Made by a program: the position numbers and the translations under genes | Part shown: positions 54,026-61,143 of the stretch, piece after piece | Layout: every line of letters starts with the position of its first letter | How positions within the stretch are numbered: position 1 is the first letter of the stretch | NCBI GenBank assembly: GCA_050015635.1 | Contig: JBEKBA010000002.1 | Coordinates: 1-61,143 of the forward strand | Origin: Verrucomicrobiota bacterium | GTDB taxonomy: Bacteria; Verrucomicrobiota; Verrucomicrobiia; Limisphaerales; UBA11358 | Reading direction: 5' to 3' | Length of the DNA stretch: 61,143 nt | Notes under the pieces: generated by a model | The model's input: only the letters and a program-made list of their open reading frames with translations | Told to the model about the DNA's origin: nothing | Database searches by the model: none

Positions 54026-56290
54026 TCACTTCGGTGGCGGCAATTGCCACTGCACTTCATAAACTCTCACCGCGTCGCGGAAGCCTTTGACGGTGGCGGG
54101 AAACATTTCCACGCACGCCGCTGCCAGCGCCGGATCGTCACGGAGTAAATGATGGTAAGTCGTATAACTGATGATGATGCGGCCGCTACCGGAAACACCT
54201 TCAAGGCGGCTGGCCAGATTCACTTCGCGGCCAAAGACGGTGTAATTCAAAATGTGCGCGTCCGAACCCATCAGGCCGACATTCACGAGGCCGGTGTTGA
54301 TGCCGGTGCCGAGTTGCAACGCAGACAACGGCGATTTGGGCGGCAGACCGGCGGAAACGCGCGCGTGATTTTCAAGTTCGCGCTGGGAATTATTCGCCAG
54401 GCGTTTTTGATTCAATTCATGAATGGTGCGCTGCGTGTCAATCGCCGCATGCACGCAGGCCGCCGCGTGCTTTTCGTTCGGCGTGGGCGCGCCCCAAAAC
54501 GCCATTACGCAGTCGCCGATGTATTTATCGAGCGTGCCACCGTGTTTTTTAACCGCGTCTGCGACGATGGCGAGATACAGGTTGACCGTTTCCAGTGTTT
54601 CGCGCGCGGATTCATCAAAGCATTTTTCCGCGTCGGTGGCATCAAGCTGGCGCGCGTTTACAAACTCCGCCACGTGTTGCTGTATCTCGTCCGTGAACGT
54701 AGTGAAGCCGCGCACATCGGCGAAGAACACAGTGATTTCGCGGCGCGCGCCGCCGAGGGAAAGTTTTTTGGCCTGCAGCAGTTCGTTCACCACGTTCGGC
54801 GAAACGATTTTGGAAAAAACGGATTTGACACGCCGCTGTTCGCGTTCTTCAAAAACGACGCGGTAGGTGACCAGGCTGATATGCTCCAGCAACATCGCGC
54901 CCGCCATCGGAAATACTATCGGCAGCCAGTAACGATGCTCGACGAAAACGAAAAATGCGACAGCAATGTAAGCGACCATCAACAGCAAAATTGTGGCGGA
55001 GGCCAGAAACGCACGAAGTTGCCAGGTGAGAAACACCGTCACCGCGCCAAGAAAAACAATCAGCGCCAACTCGGTCGGCAACGAAGCGCGCCGGATAAAC
55101 TGCCCGGTGACGACGGAATTGGCAATGTTCCAGTATTGGCTGACGAGCAGAGTGTCTTTTTCCAACGGCGTCGCGCCACGGTCGGTCAGATCATTGCCCG
55201 TCGCCGCCGACCCGACGACGACCAGTTTGCCGTGAAACTCGTCGTTGAGTCCGTTCGTTTCGCCCGACAATCGCTGATAGTCCTGCCAAAGCAAACTTTC
55301 AATGGGCGCGCGTGTGAGCTTTGGATCATTCGGCGTGAGCCGCCAATCAATGTAAAAATATCCATTGGCATCCACGGGAATCACGCGCTCGACGCCGCTC
55401 ACACCGTGCAAAGTGATTTTGCCATGCGGCAAGTCCACATCAGCATGAGTCAAATCAAGTTTCAATTCCCGCGCGGCGAGTATGATGCCCATCTGCCAGA
55501 CACGTTCATCGGTGAAGGCTCTGGCTCTGGGCGCGACGCTGGGCGTCAGTTTGTCGCCAAGAAAGTCGGCCAGTTCAAAATTGTTTTTTGCATCCACGGG
55601 AACTTCAATGACGTTTGTCGTGCCGGTTTGTGGCAGAATAATTTTGCCGCGAGCGAATTGCGCCTTGCTCAAGTCCACGCCCAATTCGGGATCATCTTCC
55701 AGTTTTTTAAAGAGCGGATGCCATCGGCGATAAACATTAAAGGCTTTGGCGCGCCGCAGAATTCCATCGGAATCTTTTTCCGTGGAAATGCCGCCGAGCG
55801 CGAGCGCGTTAGTAGCGAACAAATCGGGCGGTATCACATCAGGTGTGGCGGCGATAAGAGTGTTACCCGCGCGGCGCATTTGCAGCGCAAAAAAATCGTC
55901 GGACTCAATCAGACTGCCATCGGCCATTTGCACGGGCGGGTGGTCGGGGCGCAACTCGCCGAACAGGACGTCGAAGGCGGTGCCGTTGTCACCTTGCGCC
56001 GAAAGTTCCTCGACAAGCCGGCCATAAACCTGCCGCGGCCAATAAAGGCCGAAGCGATAACCGAGCCTGCCGCTTTGAACCGCCGTGATGCTCGACTCTT
56101 CAATCGAAACGAAGGCGAGGTTGGTGGCAACCGGCGTGGAAAAATTCAGAGCCGCCTTTGCGCGCAGGTCGTAAGTCATCCACTCCAGGCGCTCGAAAAA
56201 GTCAAATTGTCGCAACCGGACAATACAGATGAGCGTCAGAGTGAGGATGGCCACCAGAACCGTCGTGCGTTGGAAGGGTTTCAGCTTCAC
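54026..56290 (-). CDS. CHASE2-domain sensor adenylate/guanylate cyclase (class III)
   Basis: 754 aa with an N-terminal TM, a large extracytoplasmic CHASE2-like region and a 3-TM block. The C-terminal cyclase domain carries ITVFFADVRGFT and GDCVMAFWGAP. Confidence 0.85.
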   Translation of the reverse strand: MKLKPFQRTTVLVAILTLTLICIVRLRQFDFFERLEWMTYDLRAKAALNFSTPVATNLAFVSIEESSITAVQSGRLGYRFGLYWPRQVYGRLVEELSAQGDNGTAFDVLFGELRPDHPPVQMADGSLIESDDFFALQMRRAGNTLIAATPDVIPPDLFATNALALGGISTEKDSDGILRRAKAFNVYRRWHPLFKKLEDDPELGVDLSKAQFARGKIILPQTGTTNVIEVPVDAKNNFELADFLGDKLTPSVAPRARAFTDERVWQMGIILAARELKLDLTHADVDLPHGKITLHGVSGVERVIPVDANGYFYIDWRLTPNDPKLTRAPIESLLWQDYQRLSGETNGLNDEFHGKLVVVGSAATGNDLTDRGATPLEKDTLLVSQYWNIANSVVTGQFIRRASLPTELALIVFLGAVTVFLTWQLRAFLASATILLLMVAYIAVAFFVFVEHRYWLPIVFPMAGAMLLEHISLVTYRVVFEEREQRRVKSVFSKIVSPNVVNELLQAKKLSLGGARREITVFFADVRGFTTFTDEIQQHVAEFVNARQLDATDAEKCFDESARETLETVNLYLAIVADAVKKHGGTLDKYIGDCVMAFWGAPTPNEKHAAACVHAAIDTQRTIHELNQKRLANNSQRELENHARVSAGLPPKSPLSALQLGTGINTGLVNVGLMGSDAHILNYTVFGREVNLASRLEGVSGSGRIIISYTTYHHLLRDDPALAAACVEMFPATVKGFRDAVRVYEVQWQLPPPK

Positions 56291-56371
56291 CGCGCCGAAT
56301 TAAACAAAAAAACCAGAGCAACTCAAGGCTGCTCTGGCCGCAAACCAACGACGAGCCGCAAAGTAACAGAA

Positions 56372-57193
56372 TTATGTGCCGCAAACTGGAGTGACGTAAA
56401 CTGTCACGCCATTATCTTGGAAAATCATTGGACCATAGTAAGTACCCACTAAAACGTTCGGTGAAACATTGCCTTCAGGATTAGTTGAAATACCAACGTT
56501 GGGAGTATAGGATTGGCCGGCAGAAATCGTTTCCGTTAATGTATTAAATTGCTGTGGATTGGTATTAGGAACAGGAATACTATAGGAAATCGTCACCGAT
56601 CCCTGGGTCACCGTCACCGTACCTCCCGCGTCGATGTAAAAACAAGTGCCACGAATACCGGCAATACCATTGGGAATTTTCACTTCAAATTCAGACATTG
56701 CGGAAAGCTTTTTCACATTTCCAAAGATTTTCCCCGCGCGCAAATCCAATTCCGTGTCACCCACCAAGTCGGCTCCCGTGTCCGAATAGTTCAACTTGTC
56801 AATCGCCAACACTGCATTGTCATACATGCGGATTACATTCTGACGAACTTTGGCATTGTAGACAACATAGCCGCGAACATTGGGATCGGCAGCCGAAGAA
56901 AGAGCTGCCGGGGTCGGAAACGCAGAATTGGGATAAGCCACTTGAATGGGAACTTCGCCCAATACAAGGTCAACCGTCGAATCAACGGCGGTCTGAATGA
57001 CAGCTCCAGCCCCAAGAATTTTGCCGGCGACCAGCGGATGCCAAACATTGTTGCCCAATGAATATCTGGCTTCTCCCTGAATACGCACCACGGTAGCCGT
57101 TCCCTGTTTGGTAGATTGCGCTGACGCATTATTGGCGAACATTAAAGCTACGCCACACAATGTCATAACCACCAGTGTTTGTATGTGTTTCAT
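56372..57193 (-). CDS. Secreted FecR-domain-like protein
   Basis: Signal peptide MKHIQTLVVMTLCGVALMFANNASA. ATVVRIQGEARYSL...PLVAGKILGAGAVIQTAVDSTVDLVL resembles the FecR domain. It lies directly upstream of the CHASE2 cyclase. Confidence 0.55.
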   Translation of the reverse strand: MKHIQTLVVMTLCGVALMFANNASAQSTKQGTATVVRIQGEARYSLGNNVWHPLVAGKILGAGAVIQTAVDSTVDLVLGEVPIQVAYPNSAFPTPAALSSAADPNVRGYVVYNAKVRQNVIRMYDNAVLAIDKLNYSDTGADLVGDTELDLRAGKIFGNVKKLSAMSEFEVKIPNGIAGIRGTCFYIDAGGTVTVTQGSVTISYSIPVPNTNPQQFNTLTETISAGQSYTPNVGISTNPEGNVSPNVLVGTYYGPMIFQDNGVTVYVTPVCGT

Positions 57194-57293
57194 AAATTGA
57201 ATTCTTTGTTATTCTTAGTTGTGAATAACTATATGCATAACTTGTCAATTGTCAACTGGTAATTTTCACATAACCCGGCTAAAGCTGTGCTGG

Positions 57294-59183
57294 CTAACTG
57301 CCTTTGCCCGAGGCGTTTTCAAAAAGTCTCTGCTGGACCAAATCCAGGTAGGTGCGGGCGATGTCATTGTCCTGCCAGTGGAGGCGCATTGACCGCTCAA
57401 GCCACGGCCGGGCGGCGGCGTAATCCCCGACCTGAGCGTAATGCCAGCCGATATTGGCGGCGGTGTAATAGCTGTTGGGGTCAAGCGCGTCTGCGCGGCT
57501 GAAAAATGTTTCGGCCTTGTCGTGGTCATCAAGCCAGTCAAGGCACATTCCGTAACGCAAATAATCGTAGCCGTCGTAGTGGTTGAGATTCCAACTGCGC
57601 TCATACCACTGCATCGCGGTCTTTGCCAAGTTTTCGTAATTTTCCCCGCCGTCAAAACTTTCGATGCGATAGCATTCGCCGATGTTGTAGGCGGTTTCAA
57701 AATTGAGTGGTTCGGCAGTAAAGGCTTTTCCCAAAGCCGCCGCTTGTTCGGGTGAATAAATCGGCAAGCGCTCCGCACGCGCCAGCCGGACGGTTTCGTC
57801 GCCGCGCCGCCATTCCTGCCAGCCCAAATACGCGATGCCCAGTGCGAGTGGGAACGTCACTAAAATTTTGAGCGGCAGGCGGATGTTCAACCAGTAATTT
57901 TCCGTGGCGAACCGCAGGTTGCTGCTAACAAGCGCAAGCAGCGTGACGCCGAGAATCGCGTTGGCCGGAATGTGCAAATTGAAATCTACCAATGAATGTG
58001 TCGCCAGCGCGAGCAAGCCCGCAACCGCGCCGAGAAAAAAAGCGTGACGATTGCTCATGGCGCTGCCGAAGTGATTTTCCGAACGGCGGACGTAACCGTG
58101 TGTTTTCCATAAACCAAGGGCAAATGTTGCCATACCCGCCAGCACAATGATCCCACCCGCCGTGCCCCAGTCGGCCAATAAATTCAAATAATCATTATGC
58201 ACGTGGCCGGGACGCATTTGCAAACTTTCGGGGCGATATTCGGCGAAACGATAGTCAAAATGCGCCGGCCCGACGCCCCACCAGAAATGGTCCTGCCACA
58301 TTCGCGCCCCCGCCGCCCATATTTCCCGCCGCACAGTGATATCAAATGGGTCGTTGCCGGCCGTCTTTTCCACGCGTTGAATATAAGTGGGTGCCTTCGC
58401 CAGGTAATTTTTCACAAAAAACGCGCCGCCACCCAGCCAGATGACCAAAAACAAAAGCGCCGGAATCCGATAATTGCGGTGACAAACCAGATTCAAGAGC
58501 AGTACCAGCAAGCCAACGGTGGCCGCCACCCAGCCGCCGCGCGAAAAACTCACGACCATTCCGGCGAACATGACCAGCGTCGCGTCACCGATCAAAATTC
58601 GCATCGCCGGTTTCATGCGTCCGACCAAGACGTAAGCGACCGCCAGCGGCAAAAGCATTTCGAGAAAACCCGCAAAATTATCCGGCGAAATGTAAGTGCC
58701 GGAGGCGCGACCCGCATAAGGTGAAGTGAAATTCCAAACCCGATTTGAATGCGTCAAAAATTGATAAACCGCGAAGCATGAAATTCCCATCGCCAGAAAA
58801 ATCAAGGCGAAGCTAATGGTTTGTGCTGTTTCCTGCCGATACAAATTGTTGACGATGGCGAAAAATAAAAACGCGCACACCAAAATCTGAATCAATTCCT
58901 GCCGCGCGACGTATTCGATGTCCGCTGTGAGATACCGCGCGATGGCGTAAATCGTGAATGCGAGCACGACCCAGCAAATAGGCGGCCAGAGCAATTGCGG
59001 TTTGGGGCTGATCCAAAGCCGCAACGCCCACAAAAGCATCACGCCGATCGTGAGTCCCTGCACCACCAGAAAGGCCCATGCATCCACCGCGCCCATTGCA
59101 AGCGGACCAAAAACTAAAATGGCGAGAACGAGCGCCAGAATTCCGCGCTCGCACCAATTGTCCCAAGTGTCACGATTCGCCAT
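57294..59183 (-). CDS. O-antigen ligase (Wzy_C)-family membrane protein with C-terminal TPR repeats
   Basis: 629 aa with ~12 TM segments and a Wzy_C-like loop (SFSRGGW...GHVHNDYLNLLADWG). The soluble C-terminal ~180 aa has TPR-like units. Confidence 0.7.
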   Translation of the reverse strand: MANRDTWDNWCERGILALVLAILVFGPLAMGAVDAWAFLVVQGLTIGVMLLWALRLWISPKPQLLWPPICWVVLAFTIYAIARYLTADIEYVARQELIQILVCAFLFFAIVNNLYRQETAQTISFALIFLAMGISCFAVYQFLTHSNRVWNFTSPYAGRASGTYISPDNFAGFLEMLLPLAVAYVLVGRMKPAMRILIGDATLVMFAGMVVSFSRGGWVAATVGLLVLLLNLVCHRNYRIPALLFLVIWLGGGAFFVKNYLAKAPTYIQRVEKTAGNDPFDITVRREIWAAGARMWQDHFWWGVGPAHFDYRFAEYRPESLQMRPGHVHNDYLNLLADWGTAGGIIVLAGMATFALGLWKTHGYVRRSENHFGSAMSNRHAFFLGAVAGLLALATHSLVDFNLHIPANAILGVTLLALVSSNLRFATENYWLNIRLPLKILVTFPLALGIAYLGWQEWRRGDETVRLARAERLPIYSPEQAAALGKAFTAEPLNFETAYNIGECYRIESFDGGENYENLAKTAMQWYERSWNLNHYDGYDYLRYGMCLDWLDDHDKAETFFSRADALDPNSYYTAANIGWHYAQVGDYAAARPWLERSMRLHWQDNDIARTYLDLVQQRLFENASGKGS

Positions 59184-59297
59184 GGATTGCGCGCGGCAAA
59201 ATGAATTGAGCGTGTTGCCGAGTAAAGCGCAATTCCCTGACGGTTTTTATGCTGTGGCAAATTTTGGGGATTCCGTTTAATTTATCCGCGAAAACTT

Positions 59298-60407
59298 ATG
59301 ACCGATCCGCGTTACAAAAAACTGTCAAAACTGCTCGTCAATTATTCCACGCAAATCAAAAAGGGCGATCGCGCGTTGCTCGACATGATTGACGTGCCGG
59401 ATGAATTCACCGTCGAACTCGTCCGCGCAGTCCGCGCCGCCGGCGGCACGCCGCTGGTCGAGGTGCGTCACACACGCGTTTCCCGCGAATTGCTGCTGGT
59501 GATGAATGACGCGCACGCCGCGCTGGTGCGCGACATTGAATTGTCACGCATGAAGAAAATGCAGGCTTACATCGCCATTCGCGGCAGCGCCAACGCGAGC
59601 GAAAACGCCGATGTTCCGAGCGAGCGGATGCAATTGTATTCAAAAATCACCCGCTCCGTGCAGGATTATCGCGTCAATAAAACGCGCTGGTGCGTGTTGC
59701 GCTGGCCAACGCCGAGCATGGCGCAGGCTGCGGGCATGAGTACCGAGGCATTTGAAGATTTATATTTTGATGTTTGCACAATGGATTACGCGAAAATGGC
59801 GCGTGCAATGATTCCACTCGAAAAGCGAATGAAGCGTGCTGATCGCGTCCATTTCAAAAGTCCCGGAACGGATTTGACGTTCAGCATCAATAATATTGGC
59901 GCGAAAATGTGCAAGGGCGACCGCAACATTCCTGATGGCGAAGTTTTTTCGTGCCCGGTGAAAAATTCTGTGAACGGTGTGATTCAATTCAACACGCCGA
60001 CGATTTATGCCGGTACAAAATTTGAAAACATCCGGCTGGAATTCAAGGACGGTAAAATCATCAAAGCGGCGGCAAATAATACGAGGCGCTTGAATGAAAT
60101 TTTGGACACGGACGCGGGCGCGCGTTACATCGGTGAATTTTCCCTCGGCTTCAATCCCTACATTTTGAATCCGATGTGCGACATTTTATTCGATGAAAAA
60201 ATCGCGGGGTCACTGCACTTCACGCCCGGCCAGGCTTATGAGGAATGTGATAATGGCAACCGTTCTGCCGTGCATTGGGACATGGTTTTGATCCAGCGCA
60301 GGGAATGGGGCGGCGGTGAAGTGTGGTTTGACGGCGAACTGATCCGCAAGGACGGAATTTTTCTGCCGAGGGATTTGAAACCGCTCAATCCGGCGAATTT
60401 GAAATGA
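59298..60407 (+). CDS. Aminopeptidase, M29 (AmpS/PepS) family
   Basis: 369 aa. KLSKLLVNYS start, NIPDGEVF and HWDMV motifs are typical of thermophilic-metalloprotease M29. Confidence 0.85.
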   Translation: MTDPRYKKLSKLLVNYSTQIKKGDRALLDMIDVPDEFTVELVRAVRAAGGTPLVEVRHTRVSRELLLVMNDAHAALVRDIELSRMKKMQAYIAIRGSANASENADVPSERMQLYSKITRSVQDYRVNKTRWCVLRWPTPSMAQAAGMSTEAFEDLYFDVCTMDYAKMARAMIPLEKRMKRADRVHFKSPGTDLTFSINNIGAKMCKGDRNIPDGEVFSCPVKNSVNGVIQFNTPTIYAGTKFENIRLEFKDGKIIKAAANNTRRLNEILDTDAGARYIGEFSLGFNPYILNPMCDILFDEKIAGSLHFTPGQAYEECDNGNRSAVHWDMVLIQRREWGGGEVWFDGELIRKDGIFLPRDLKPLNPANLK

Positions 60408-60410
60408 TTT

Positions 60411-61143
60411 TCAAATCACCTCCTTGAGCAGCGCGAGAAATTGTTTCATCGCGGGCGAAAGCACCTTGTTTTTTTTGTAAATCGCGGCGAGCGGCCGGTA
60501 GAAGTCACCGTCCTCGATCGACACGGCGGCGAGCGTCTGCTTGGCAACTTCCTGCGCAACCGTGGCCTGCGGCACGATGGAAATGCCCGCGTCAATTTCC
60601 ACCGCGCGTTTCACGGTCTCGATGTTGTCGAATTCCATGATATGTTGCGCGTCCACGCCATGTTCCTTCAAAATTTTGTCCAGCGCTTTGCGTGTTGGAA
60701 TGTCCGGTTCAAACCCGATGAATTTCTGCCCGGCGAGCACTTTTAATTTCACCGTTTTCTGTTTGGCGAACGGATGTTGCGGATGACAAATCAGCACCAG
60801 CGGCTCTTTGCGCAGCGGAATGATTTCCAATTTTGAATCTTTGACGGGATACGCAACCAGCCCTATATCCACGACGTTGCTCAACACGTCGTCATAAACC
60901 TGGTTCGCGCGCCGGTATTCGACGTGGACATTCACCGTCGGATAACTCTTCATGAATTTTTTGATGTACGGCGGCAAATCATGCAACCCGATGCTGTAAA
61001 TCGTCGCCACACGGATCATGCCGGAAATGATGTCCTTCAATTCCTGCAACTTGCTATGCAGCGACTCGTAGGTCTGGATGATTTGCTTGCTGTATTCGTA
61101 AAGCGCCTGTCCTTCGCGCGTGAGCCGGAATTTTTTCTTGCTG
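60411..61143 (-). CDS. LysR-family transcriptional regulator (C-terminal ~240 aa; N-terminal HTH lies beyond the right edge)
   Basis: The frame stays open to the window end (…KKKFRLTREGQALYEYSKQIIQTYESLHSKLQELKD...), with a LysR substrate-binding fold. It is convergent with the aminopeptidase. Confidence 0.8.
   Translation of the reverse strand, partial: SKKKFRLTREGQALYEYSKQIIQTYESLHSKLQELKDIISGMIRVATIYSIGLHDLPPYIKKFMKSYPTVNVHVEYRRANQVYDDVLSNVVDIGLVAYPVKDSKLEIIPLRKEPLVLICHPQHPFAKQKTVKLKVLAGQKFIGFEPDIPTRKALDKILKEHGVDAQHIMEFDNIETVKRAVEIDAGISIVPQATVAQEVAKQTLAAVSIEDGDFYRPLAAIYKKNKVLSPAMKQFLALLKEVI

Noticed and set aside
54149-56452. 767-aa ORF on the plus strand spanning the entire CHASE2 cyclase gene in antisense
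   Set aside because: It has an Arg/Gly/Ala-rich low-complexity composition and no motifs, which is typical of an antisense shadow frame in GC-rich coding DNA. The minus-strand product has clear CHASE2 and class III cyclase motifs.

Overview
This is a 61.1-kb chromosomal window from a moderately GC-rich bacterium. An H-X9-DG prepilin-like protein, a PVC-type small basic protein and many ATGA-coupled operons suggest a Verrucomicrobiota/Planctomycetota-like origin (inference only). Most of it is housekeeping: tRNA-Gly(UCC), pyrC, carA, prfB with the classical +1 frameshift site, trpC, surA-like/pdxA, folD, lolC/E-lolD, rhomboid, purB, rpmH-rnpA-yidD-yidC-jag, fabH-plsX-rpmF-yceD and coaD. There is also a five-gene TetR/RND/EmrAB-type efflux operon, a sugar-acid utilisation cluster and a CHASE2-cyclase/FecR-like/O-antigen-ligase cluster. 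Three accessory patches stand out. (i) 1-7.6 kb is a mosaic of redox enzymes with at least four truncated genes, ending at the 3' side of tRNA-Gly. (ii) 24.7-28.0 kb is an islet holding two direct copies of a ~110-130 bp repeat, a truncated DUF2182 gene, DUF899, vapBC, a second TA-like pair with an unrecognised partner, and a gene remnant. (iii) 35.1-37.7 kb is a visibly AT-richer, translationally coupled four-gene cassette: a NotI-family-like nuclease, a Dam/D12 adenine methylase, a 52-aa ORF and a 155-aa 'ISCxKTK' ORF. It is wedged between rhomboid and purB and abutted by a third, diverged copy of the repeat. This cassette is my best candidate for an undescribed defence-type system. I saw no rRNA, CRISPR array, intact transposase or intact integrase. 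All family assignments come from reading motifs by eye and from memory of family signatures; no database search was run.
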